DNA of 64,000 nucleotides from an uncultured Clostridia bacterium (GTDB lineage: Bacteria; Bacillota; Clostridia; Christensenellales; CAG-917): assembly GCA_947625225.1 (NCBI GenBank), contig CANQNQ010000003.1, positions 40,068-104,067 of the forward strand, written 5' to 3'. A program made the position numbers and the translations under genes. Of this stretch, positions 47,974 to 56,949 are shown one piece after another; positions within the stretch are counted from its first letter, which is position 1; each line of letters opens with the position of its first letter. The notes below the pieces were generated by a model, which saw nothing but the letters and a program-made list of their open reading frames with translations, had not been told where the DNA came from and ran no database searches.

Positions 47974-48002
47974 ATTATAACACGGGTTCTATCCGCTGGC
48001 AA
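47974..48002 (-). promoter_or_regulatory. sigma-70-type promoter of the type III TA locus
   Basis: The minus strand reads TTGCCA, 17-nt spacer, TATAAT, about 9 nt upstream of the first repeat. Confidence 0.6.
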
Positions 48003-48437
48003 GTGGTTTGTGCCAACTTTTTTCGAAATATAAGCGTCACTATATAATATGCCGATTTTTCTTGGAAATTATAATGCCCCGCTCACACGAGGGCACCATC
48101 TTCGTTCAAGATTTATTTGGCGAGGATAGCCCCCGCCGCGGTGGGCCTTGGGAATTTCAACCCAGCCCAAATCTATTTAAAAGGCAAAAATGCCTGGATT
48201 TTTATGCATTATCTCCTAAAATTGGAAAAATGCATAATTGCATAAAACTCAATATAATTTTGACAATTTGTTTACCGTTTGTTTACCACCTGAGAAAATG
48301 ATACCAAATGAAACCAAATGAGAGGTAGTGAAACGTAGGTTATGACATACCTCAAAAAAGTCCAAAATTGTCACTAAATACTAATGAAACGTAGTGACAC
48401 TAAGTGATAATAAATGAGAGCTAAAAACCCGTACCAA

Positions 48438-48511
48438 GCATGGGCAACAACCCAATGGTTGGTGCATCAGTCGCTTGCGCGGTGGCAGTGCAAGAAGCTC
48501 TCGCCAAGTAA
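48438..48511 (+). pseudogene. orphan duplicate of the last 23 codons plus stop of the GGGtGRT gene
   Basis: Encodes the same peptide tail (...MGNNPMVGASVACAVAVQEALAK) as 45369..45442, using 7 different synonymous codons. There is no upstream reading frame. Confidence 0.85.
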
Positions 48512-48699
48512 AAAAACCTACTGTTTAGTAGCGCTATAGCAATATTGGAACAGCTCCCGATTTTGGGGACTGTTTACTTGTTAACCAAAAATGTATAGAA
48601 AATGTATAAATTGTTTACCGTTTGTTTACCAAAATTATAGACGTTACAACCCGATGAGTGTCATCATCTATTTTTTATTCCGATGACTGTCATCGGCAT
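48438..48699 (+). repeat. direct repeat, right copy (attR-like)
   Basis: See 45369..45631. Confidence 0.9.
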
Positions 48700-48934
48700 T
48701 TATCATAAATTATATCAAGGCATTTAAAAGCATTAAACAATGGGTCAATGACAATCCCGACGAAGCGGTTAAGCTTGTGCCTCCCGGAACATTGCTTACC
48801 ATGGACGCATATTTAAATGTATATTATGACACTCATTCAAAATCGGAATAGAATCATCCAAAAGTAAAATCCAAATTAAGTAAAAGCGCTCCGAGAGGGG
48901 CGCTTTTGGATATCTAATTGGTTTTTTTGGCTAA

Positions 48935-49492
48935 TTATCTTATACCGGCGAAGGAGGAGGTGTACTGCCCTATATACTTTTCAAGCACGGCGATGGCTTC
49001 CTGCGCGTTGGCGACGCCGAAAATTCTGTCCTCGGGGATTTCCTCATAGCGAACGCGACCGTCAAGACGAGTATCCGCCACTTTGCTGCTCCAGCCCGCT
49101 CCTCTGTCGTACGCCAATATAAGCCTCTTAAGCGTCCAGGCGGAGGAGATCTCCGCAAGCGTGCCCGATCCACCGCCCACTGCGACCACCGCGTCGGAAT
49201 TGGCGACGATCACATTGCGATATATATCCAGCCCCGTTGCGATGGTTATGTCCGCAAACTTGTTGCCGGCCTTGCGGTCGAACATGGGAAGTATAGCGAT
49301 GGTGTCGCCCTCTGTATAGCATTCGGACGCCTTTGCGCCCTCAAAAGCAGCCTGCATAACGCCGCCCATGCCGCCGGACACCACTCTGTAGCCGTTGTCC
49401 ACAAGCGCTTTGCCCAGTTCGTAGGCAAACGTCAATCTGCTGTCGCCCTCGGGGACGGAGCTGTCGCCTATAATGGAAACCATCTTCTTCAT
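48935..49492 (-). CDS. TIGR00725-type LOG/lysine-decarboxylase-like Rossmann protein
   Basis: Motifs VVSGGMGGVMQAAFEGA and AVGGGSGTLAEIS. Confidence 0.75.
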   Translation of the reverse strand: MKKMVSIIGDSSVPEGDSRLTFAYELGKALVDNGYRVVSGGMGGVMQAAFEGAKASECYTEGDTIAILPMFDRKAGNKFADITIATGLDIYRNVIVANSDAVVAVGGGSGTLAEISSAWTLKRLILAYDRGAGWSSKVADTRLDGRVRYEEIPEDRIFGVANAQEAIAVLEKYIGQYTSSFAGIR

Positions 49493-49646
49493 ATAATAAA
49501 CCTCGCTTTACCGCGTCATAGATGGCACGATAGGATTCTTTATATATATTGTACACACAAAATGCAAAAGTTGCAAAAGTTTTTATGGAATATTTTCAAA
49601 TGTGATGTTAATATTATATTGTCAACAATTTGCAGCGAGGTGCTAT

Positions 49647-50840
49647 ATGGACATATCAAGCAAACTCAATCCCGTGGCGCGCGCGCTCAAGCCGTCCGGG
49701 ATACGCGAATTTTTCGGCATAGCGGCAAGTCGCAAGGGCTGTCTGTCGCTCGGCGTGGGCGAGCCGGACTTTTCCACGCCCTCCGTGTTCAGCCAAGCGG
49801 GGATCAACAGCATATACGCGGGACTTACCGGCTACACCGCCAACGCGGGGCTCATAGAGTTGAGGCAGGCGATCGCGCGCTACACGCGGCGTTTCATCGG
49901 CGTTGAATACGACCCCGAAAGCGAGATAATCATCACGGTGGGCGCGTCGGAAGGCATAGACATCGCTTTGCGCGCGCTGTGCGCTCCCGGCGACGAGATA
50001 CTTGTGCCCGAACCATGCTTTGTTTGCTACGAGCCGCTTGTCAGCCTGTGCGGAGGGACGCCCGTACCCATTCAGACGCGCATAGATGAGGAGTTTCGCC
50101 TCACGCCGGAAGCTCTTGAAGCCAAGATAACGCCGCATACAAAGCTGCTTATACTCGCCTATCCCAATAACCCCACGGGCGGCATAATGGAAAAGAGCGA
50201 CCTTGAGGCGCTGCTGCCCATCATCAAAAAGCACGATCTGCTTGTACTCAGCGACGAGATATACGGCGAGCTGATATACGGCGGCGCAAAATTCTGCTCC
50301 ATAGCGTCCTTCGAGGGTATGCGGGAGCGCACGGTGGTGGTCAGCGGATTTTCCAAATACTTCGCTATGACCGGTTGGAGACTTGGCTATGTGTGCGCGC
50401 CAAAGCAGATAAGCGACGTGATATTCAAGATACATCAATACGCTATAATGTGCGCGTCCACGTCCGCCCAATATGTGGCGCTTGCCGCGCTGGATGCCTC
50501 TTTCCGCAACAACTTCAAGGAAGTGGGACAGATGAGGCAAACATACGACACACGCCGCAAATATCTTGTGGAGAGGCTAAACTCCATGGGTCTGGACTGC
50601 TTCGAGCCGCGCGGCGCGTTCTACGCCTTCCCCAGCGTAAAGATAACGGGTATGGACGGCGAAAAGTTTGCCTACGCACTGCTGGACGCCAAAAATGTCG
50701 CGGTGGTCCCGGGCAACGCGTTTGGCAAGAGCGGCAAGGATTTTATACGCATAAGTTACGCATATTCCATGGATATAATCGTGCGCGCGCTCAATCTCAT
50801 AGAGGAATTCCTGAAAGGATCGGGCTGCTACAATAAATAA
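49647..50840 (+). CDS. class I/II pyridoxal-phosphate-dependent aminotransferase (aspartate aminotransferase-like)
   Basis: Motifs NPTGG and SGFSKYFAMTGWRLGY (PLP lysine motif). The start is set at MDISSKLNP. Confidence 0.88.
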   Translation: MDISSKLNPVARALKPSGIREFFGIAASRKGCLSLGVGEPDFSTPSVFSQAGINSIYAGLTGYTANAGLIELRQAIARYTRRFIGVEYDPESEIIITVGASEGIDIALRALCAPGDEILVPEPCFVCYEPLVSLCGGTPVPIQTRIDEEFRLTPEALEAKITPHTKLLILAYPNNPTGGIMEKSDLEALLPIIKKHDLLVLSDEIYGELIYGGAKFCSIASFEGMRERTVVVSGFSKYFAMTGWRLGYVCAPKQISDVIFKIHQYAIMCASTSAQYVALAALDASFRNNFKEVGQMRQTYDTRRKYLVERLNSMGLDCFEPRGAFYAFPSVKITGMDGEKFAYALLDAKNVAVVPGNAFGKSGKDFIRISYAYSMDIIVRALNLIEEFLKGSGCYNK

Positions 50841-50915
50841 AATTTTACAAAATAATGACTTTACATAAACAAAAACGCGTGATAAACACGCGTTTTTGTT
50901 ATATTCTCAAAATTC

Positions 50916-53018
50916 TTACAGTTTGTGAACGGCAACGTCGTAAGCCTCGGCGGTGGCGTTTGCAATGCGCCCTATCTTGGCTGCGTCGCCTATCACGTAC
51001 ATATTTTCAAACTTACCCTCAAGCTCCTTTGCAAGCTCGTTGCAAGGATGTGAGCCAAGCGACAACACTACCGCGTCGCAGTCGATATGCTCCTCCGCGC
51101 CCTTCACCGTCACCTTGTGTTTCTTGTTTATCTTGACGGGCACGACCACCACGCCGCTGTCGTCAATACGCACAAGTTTGCGGCGCAACATATATTTTGC
51201 CGTTTCGCCCAAACGCGCCTTTGCGTCGTCCACATGCTGGAACCAGGTGCCGGGAGCGACCGTATCCGCCATCTCCACAATTGTCAGATGATTGCCGCAC
51301 TCTTTAAGCAACTCGGCGGTTTCAAGTCCCGTCATACCGGAGCCGATTATCGCGACGTTCTTGCCGTACAGTTTGACTGTGCCGTCTATAATTTCCGTAG
51401 TGGTATACACGTTGTCGCGGTCGGCGCCCTCTATACTCTTTGGCTTGAACGCCTTTGCGCCGGTTGCGATTATCACCGCATATGGGTCATACGCCGCTAT
51501 CTTTTCATAGTCCGCCTTGACGCCGCACACTATCTCCGCGCCTTGCTTGACCGCATTGGTGTACATATCCTCTATGCACCAGCCCAGTTTGCTCTTTCTG
51601 GGAGGACGGGTGGCGAGGTTGATCTGTCCGCCGACCTTCTCTTCCGCCTCGAGCACCACGACCTTAAAGCCGCGCCTTGCCGCCATTTCCGCCGCGGTAA
51701 GTCCGCCTACGCCGGCGCCGACGACGACTACCGTCCTGCCATTGCCGTCCTTCTTGAGCTCGTTGAATTCGCGCTCGCTGCCCACGGTGGGGTTGACGGA
51801 GCAATAGCCGTGATCGCCCACGTACGCGTTCTCCTGCATACTCTCTATGCAATTGAGGCAGCATATGCAGCGCTTGATCTCGCTCTCTCTGCCCTCAAGG
51901 GTCTTGTTTGCCCAATGGGGGTCTGCTATGTGGGGACGCCCAAGCGACACAAAGTCTTGCGTGCCCTCCTCGAGCTGCTGTTCCGCCTGCTCAGGAGTGC
52001 GGATGAGGTTTGCGGCAAGCACGGGGATCTTGACCTCTTTTTTGACGCCCGCGGCGAGGTATTTGCGCCAGCCGGGTTCGAAACTTGTTGGCTCCAACCA
52101 ATAGTTAAACGTGTCATATGCAGCGGATGAAACGTCGATTGCGTCGGCTCCAAAGGCTTCAACCATCTTGGCGTACTTCAATCCTTCCTCAAAGTCATAC
52201 CCCTTTCCGGGCTTGCCGATCTTGTCGTAGAACTCGTCCAGAGTGAGCCTGACGATGATGGGATAATCTCCGCATTTTTCGCGGATGCCCTCTATGATCT
52301 CTTTGAGGAAACGCAGCCTGTTTTCAAAACTGCCGCCGTACTCGTCCTTGCGCTGATTGGTGTTGCGGCTCAAAAATTGCTGTATGAGGTAGCCGTGCGT
52401 GCCGTGAAGTTCCACGCCGTCCACGCCCGCCTTTTGGCAGCGCACCGCGCCGTCCACAAATTGTTGGACGAGCTGTTTTATCTCGGAGTGCCTCAGCGCT
52501 CTCACCCTGCCGCCCGCAAAATATGACGGCTCGCACGCGGAGGGTGCAACCGAACGCAGGGTCAAGTTTTTGTCGCACAGCGTCTTGCCAAGTTTGGGCG
52601 CAACTTTGAACAGCAATTTGGGAAAGCTTTTGCACACCCTTGTAGCCGCAATGCACATGGGCACGGTGCCCACGGCAAGTCCCACATTCTGTCTGCCGGG
52701 ATGGTGCAACTGCACAAACAGTTTTGCGCCGTGCTTGTGTATGCGCTCGGCAAACTCTTTAAGTCCGTCTATCTGATAGTCATGGCTGACGCCCAACTGA
52801 GCGAACGCCGCCGCGCCGTGTTTGTCGTTGACGCGCGTGATCTCTGTGATGATGAGACCCGTGCCGCCCTTTGCGCGCTCCTCATAGTAGTCCATCAACT
52901 TTTGGGTAACGCAGCCGTCCAGCTGTCCGAATCCCATAAGCATCGGCGACATAACTATGCGGTTTTTGATCTCGCAATTGCCTATTTTCATAGGCGTAAA
53001 CAACATTTTGTAATCCAT
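50916..53018 (-). CDS. Old Yellow Enzyme-family NADH:flavin oxidoreductase fused to an FAD/NAD(P)-binding domain (2,4-dienoyl-CoA/enoate reductase-like)
   Basis: N-terminal TIM-barrel OYE motifs, a Cys cluster CICCLNCIE...C, and the dinucleotide folds VVVVGAGVGG and VAIIGSGMTG. Confidence 0.88.
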   Translation of the reverse strand: MDYKMLFTPMKIGNCEIKNRIVMSPMLMGFGQLDGCVTQKLMDYYEERAKGGTGLIITEITRVNDKHGAAAFAQLGVSHDYQIDGLKEFAERIHKHGAKLFVQLHHPGRQNVGLAVGTVPMCIAATRVCKSFPKLLFKVAPKLGKTLCDKNLTLRSVAPSACEPSYFAGGRVRALRHSEIKQLVQQFVDGAVRCQKAGVDGVELHGTHGYLIQQFLSRNTNQRKDEYGGSFENRLRFLKEIIEGIREKCGDYPIIVRLTLDEFYDKIGKPGKGYDFEEGLKYAKMVEAFGADAIDVSSAAYDTFNYWLEPTSFEPGWRKYLAAGVKKEVKIPVLAANLIRTPEQAEQQLEEGTQDFVSLGRPHIADPHWANKTLEGRESEIKRCICCLNCIESMQENAYVGDHGYCSVNPTVGSEREFNELKKDGNGRTVVVVGAGVGGLTAAEMAARRGFKVVVLEAEEKVGGQINLATRPPRKSKLGWCIEDMYTNAVKQGAEIVCGVKADYEKIAAYDPYAVIIATGAKAFKPKSIEGADRDNVYTTTEIIDGTVKLYGKNVAIIGSGMTGLETAELLKECGNHLTIVEMADTVAPGTWFQHVDDAKARLGETAKYMLRRKLVRIDDSGVVVVPVKINKKHKVTVKGAEEHIDCDAVVLSLGSHPCNELAKELEGKFENMYVIGDAAKIGRIANATAEAYDVAVHKL

Positions 53019-53103
53019 CTCTCTATCCTTTTTTATGCGCCTCACAGCGCATTTACGATCGTATTATAACATAAACATACAAATTGTTCAAGATTTTGCG
53101 CTA

Positions 53104-53946
53104 TTATTTTTGTTTAAAACAAGCAATATAGGCATTCAGAGTATTTTTTATGAGCATAGTGACCGTCATAGGCCCCACGCCGCCGGGCACGGGAGTGATA
53201 AAACTGCACTTGGGCGCGACCTCTGCAAAGTCCACATCGCCGCACAGCTTGCCGTTTTCGTCCCTGTCCATGCCTACGTCTACGACCATGGCGCCCTCCT
53301 TGACCATATCCGCTTTCAAAAACTTCGCCTTGCCTATCGCGACGCACACTATGTCCGCCGAGCGGGTGATCTCGCCAAGGTCTCGCGTGCGGGAGTGGCA
53401 CACCGTCACCGTACAATTGGCATTCATCAGCAGTTGCGCCAGCGGCTTGCCCACAAGATTGGAGCGTCCTATCACCACAGCACGCTTTCCTTCAAGCGAT
53501 ATATCGTAGTGTTTAAGCAGCTCCATCACGCCGTAAGGAGTGCAAGCGACCAGGCTGTCCCTGCCCGTCCAAAGCCTGCCCTTTTGCAGCGCGGTGCAAC
53601 CGTCCACGTCCTTTTCGGGGCTGATGAGATCGATAAGCGCGTTCTCGTCAAGATGCTTCGGCAGCGGCAATTGCACAATGATACCGTGCACGTCCGCGTT
53701 GGCGTTGAGCTGACCGATCGCATTTGCCACCTTCTGAAAACTGCTGTCCGCCTCCAGTCGCACAAGGAAAGACTTCATCCCCACCTCTTCGCACGCCTTA
53801 AGTTTGTTGCGCACGTACACTTCGCTTGCGGGGTCGTTGCCCACCAGCACCACAGCAAGTCCGGGCTGAGAGCCGAGCTTTGCGACCTGCTGTTTTATCT
53901 CGCCGCGCAATTTTGCCGCGACCGCTTTGCCGTCTATAATTTGCAT
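53104..53946 (-). CDS. folD: bifunctional methylenetetrahydrofolate dehydrogenase/cyclohydrolase
   Basis: 280 aa. Begins MQIIDGKAVAAKLR, with VIGRSNLVGKP and PVPGGVGPMT. Confidence 0.95.
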   Translation of the reverse strand: MQIIDGKAVAAKLRGEIKQQVAKLGSQPGLAVVLVGNDPASEVYVRNKLKACEEVGMKSFLVRLEADSSFQKVANAIGQLNANADVHGIIVQLPLPKHLDENALIDLISPEKDVDGCTALQKGRLWTGRDSLVACTPYGVMELLKHYDISLEGKRAVVIGRSNLVGKPLAQLLMNANCTVTVCHSRTRDLGEITRSADIVCVAIGKAKFLKADMVKEGAMVVDVGMDRDENGKLCGDVDFAEVAPKCSFITPVPGGVGPMTVTMLIKNTLNAYIACFKQK

Positions 53947-54174
53947 ATTTCACCTCACAAATACTATAATACGGACGGCGAAAAAAATCAATAATATTTG
54001 TACTATATATATTGCTTTACGAAAAAATCCCAAACAATATGTTGTGATTTTTGGCTTTAATACTTGACAATTGTATTCGGCGGTTTTAGAATGTTACCGA
54101 ACGTATCCCGAAATATGTCGAACAAAACAATTGAATAAAACATACCATTACAAATACGACAAGGAGAACCGCAA

Positions 54175-55356
54175 TTGAAACTTTACGATATCGTCAAGTG
54201 GGATCCCGAAGGACCCGACGCAAAAGAAATTTTGGTTTATAAGCATGAGGCGGAAGATTTCAACACGCACACTCAGCTTATCGTTCACTCTTCACAGGAA
54301 GCCATACTTTATAAAGACGGAATTGACCTGGACGTGTTTGACGCAGGACGTCACACGCTGTCCACAAACAACATTCCCCTTTTGCGCAAGCTGGTCAACA
54401 TCCCCACAGGCGGCGAATCGCCCTTCCATTGCGAAGTTTACTTTATCAACAAGATACATCTTCAGGACCTCAAATGGGGCACTACGGAGCCCATCCTGGT
54501 TGAGGACCCCATTGAAAACGTCAACGTGCATCTGCGCGCAAACGGCTATATAGGCGCCACCATCACGGACGGCAGAAAGTTTATGCGCAAGGTCGTTGGC
54601 ACTCGCGGCGCCTACACCCGCACGGAATTTGCCGACTATCTGCGCGCAAAGCTGATAGAGCGCGTCAAGGGCACGCTGGGCGAGGTGCTGGTGGCAAAGA
54701 AGATAGGCGTGCTCAACATAAGCGCACTGATGACTCCCCTCTCCGACGAATTGAAGGCGCAGATGACTCCCTTCTTTGCGGATTACGGCATAGAGCTTGT
54801 CAACTTTTCATTCAACTCCATAATGCCCCTCGAAGAGGATCTGCGCATGGTCAACGAGGCGAAGATAGCCGCCAAACGCGCTGACCTCGAATCCGCGGCG
54901 CGCGCAAGGATGCGTGAACGCGAGGGCTACACCTATCAACAAGAGCACAGCTTCGACGTGCTCAAGACCGCAGCTAAAAACGAGGGCATGGCGGGCTCGA
55001 TGATGGGCACCGGAATGGGACTCGGTATGGGCTTCGGCATAGGCGGCGCGTTCGGCGCGGGCATGGGCACCATGGGTCAGCAGATCGACGTATCCAACAC
55101 GCAAAGACCAAAGACCGTCGCTTGTTCCAACTGCGGCAATCCCGTTGCGGAGGGCGCGAAGTTCTGCCCCAACTGCGGCAAACCCGTGCCGGCTCCCGGC
55201 ACAATACTGTGCCCCAAGTGCTCCGCCGTGCTGCCCGAAGGCGCAAAATTCTGCTCAAACTGCGGCGCGAAGCTTAGCAACACATGCGTAAAATGCGGTA
55301 AGGAACTGCCCGTCGGCGCAAAATTCTGCGACGGATGCGGCGCCCCGCAGATGTAA
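54175..55356 (+). CDS. SPFH/Band-7 domain protein of the YdjI type with C-terminal Gly/Met-rich linker and four tandem zinc ribbons
   Basis: TTG start 8 nt after AAGGAG. The N-terminus IVKWDPEG...LIVHSSQEAILYKDG...DAGRHTLSTNNIPLL matches the YdjI-type family annotated as putative virion core protein. The C-terminus carries four CxxC-(9-14 aa)-CxxC pairs. Confidence 0.85.
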   Translation: MKLYDIVKWDPEGPDAKEILVYKHEAEDFNTHTQLIVHSSQEAILYKDGIDLDVFDAGRHTLSTNNIPLLRKLVNIPTGGESPFHCEVYFINKIHLQDLKWGTTEPILVEDPIENVNVHLRANGYIGATITDGRKFMRKVVGTRGAYTRTEFADYLRAKLIERVKGTLGEVLVAKKIGVLNISALMTPLSDELKAQMTPFFADYGIELVNFSFNSIMPLEEDLRMVNEAKIAAKRADLESAARARMREREGYTYQQEHSFDVLKTAAKNEGMAGSMMGTGMGLGMGFGIGGAFGAGMGTMGQQIDVSNTQRPKTVACSNCGNPVAEGAKFCPNCGKPVPAPGTILCPKCSAVLPEGAKFCSNCGAKLSNTCVKCGKELPVGAKFCDGCGAPQM

Positions 55357-55366
55357 GGAGGATGTC

Positions 55367-56065
55367 ATGAAAAACTTTTTTAAGCGTTACTATGCTCTGA
55401 TCATCGGAGCCATAATGTTTGTAATATTCAACATACTTGCGCTCACGCTGACCGACCTCAAGGCGGCAAAGACATTCTTCTGGGTGGGATATTCCTTCAC
55501 GCTGGTCACCTTTATCGCAGTGACGGTCGCGCTGGTGTTTATAAGGACCAACAAACACGTCAACGTCAACGCGGTGTTCCCCGCATACATTGTCAGCGGC
55601 GTATACTTTGCGCTGTCGCTGATCATCAACATAATCTACATGGCAATGCCCACCAAGGACGACGCCAAAGCCAGCATCATCCCCAACGTCATCCTGTTGC
55701 TGCTGTACGCGGCGGCATTGATAGTGGCGCTGAGGGCGCTCAGCCACATTGCGGACTCCAACAAGGAAGTCACCGAGAAGGTCACCTCTCTGCGCCAGAC
55801 CGCAATAGAAATCAACTCCATAAGCAATCTTTGCGACAACGCCGAGGTCAAGTCTGCCCTGGCGAAGCTCAAAGAAGAAGTCGAGTACAGCGATCCCATG
55901 GGCGTGGAAGGCTCTCAAGAGTCCGAGGAAAACTTCAAGAAGTCCCTCGCTGCCATCAGAGTGCTCGTTGAGGACGGCGAGGACGCGGAGATGATACTCA
56001 AAAAGATAAGAGTCGCCTCCAACCGTCTTGAGGAGCGCAACGCATTGCTTAGAACACTTAAGTAA
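55367..56065 (+). CDS. hypothetical membrane protein (four TM helices plus a cytoplasmic helical domain)
   Basis: ATG after AAGGAGGA, 10 nt after the previous stop. No family recognised. Confidence 0.7.
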   Translation: MKNFFKRYYALIIGAIMFVIFNILALTLTDLKAAKTFFWVGYSFTLVTFIAVTVALVFIRTNKHVNVNAVFPAYIVSGVYFALSLIINIIYMAMPTKDDAKASIIPNVILLLLYAAALIVALRALSHIADSNKEVTEKVTSLRQTAIEINSISNLCDNAEVKSALAKLKEEVEYSDPMGVEGSQESEENFKKSLAAIRVLVEDGEDAEMILKKIRVASNRLEERNALLRTLK

Positions 56066-56136
56066 ATTTGTCTGCCCGTTCAAACGAATGGGCAGATATC
56101 ATATATGCGACATACGATATAAAAAAACGAGGAACA

Positions 56137-56949
56137 ATGGACGCTTTAGTTTTCTATTGCACATCATGCGGCGCGCCCGTAGACATAGACTATGATACCC
56201 GCAAGGGGCATTGCGAATTTTGCAACAGCATTGTCACCTTCCCGCGCAAGAGCTTCAACAGCGACGAAAAGGTGCAAAACGAGATAGAGCTTTGCACCCG
56301 TTACTTCACCGAAAAACGCTTCGACCTCGCCAAGGCGCACGCCCTTGACGTGCTTTCCGTCGCCATTGACAACGCGCCCGCAATGTTTATGTTGGCATAT
56401 TACGACGCGTTTGCCGCGCCCGTGCGTCATTCGGAGCGCATAGACCAATTTTTTGCCCAAATAAAAAACATAGATCTTGATTACGAGGAGATCGACGCCC
56501 TCAAAGTTATGTTCCTGTCCTGCATAAACAGGCTTGTGGACTGCGAATATGAGGCGCTGGATCTTATGTCGCAATACCTCGGCGGCAAATCGTTGTGCGA
56601 TTTTGCGGACGCATTCAGTCCCCTCATCATCAACTCCCGCCAGAATATAGACTTTTTCACGCCGGATATGGCGGCGCTGTACAAGAGGATAGCCGCAAGC
56701 GCCTCCGCGCCAAAGATGTGCTACGCGCTGTTACAGGCGATAAAGACCAATCCGGACTCCCCGTTTGTCAACAACAAATTTTTCCTAAAAACAAAGACCG
56801 CGCGCTTTTTGAACGAGTTTGTGGAGCCTGTGGGAGAAATAATTTCATCTATGAATAACGCGGAATTGAAAAACAAATTTTTCCGTGCTTATATAAACAC
56901 CAAGGAGGTTTACAAAAACAAAATGGAAGGAGGATCAAACAATGGCTGA
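56137..56949 (+). CDS. hypothetical protein with an N-terminal zinc ribbon
   Basis: Begins MDALVFYCTSCGAPV...CEFCNS. 270 aa. No family recognised. Confidence 0.65.
   Translation: MDALVFYCTSCGAPVDIDYDTRKGHCEFCNSIVTFPRKSFNSDEKVQNEIELCTRYFTEKRFDLAKAHALDVLSVAIDNAPAMFMLAYYDAFAAPVRHSERIDQFFAQIKNIDLDYEEIDALKVMFLSCINRLVDCEYEALDLMSQYLGGKSLCDFADAFSPLIINSRQNIDFFTPDMAALYKRIAASASAPKMCYALLQAIKTNPDSPFVNNKFFLKTKTARFLNEFVEPVGEIISSMNNAELKNKFFRAYINTKEVYKNKMEGGSNNG

Larger units (their letters stand above)
45632..48699. mobile_element. integrated islet or prophage remnant, ~2.8 kb plus the right repeat; no recombinase gene
   Basis: Flanked by 262/263-bp direct repeats and AT-richer than its surroundings. Cargo is an orphan ORF, an LL-H holin and a type III TA locus. 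Confidence 0.6.

Noticed and set aside
48008-48301. 97-aa ORF in the right arm of the islet
   Set aside because: It has no RBS and a non-ATG start, it crosses several hairpins and repeat motifs, and its composition is not protein-like.
48700-48852. Open frame ending …PGTLLTMDAYLNVYYDTHSKSE, immediately right of the islet junction and followed by a good terminator
   Set aside because: There is no start codon, and the frame opens only after a TGA inside the junction palindrome. It might be the C-terminal stub of a gene destroyed by integration. A faint resemblance to a tyrosine-recombinase tail is too weak to claim, and I cannot identify the stub.
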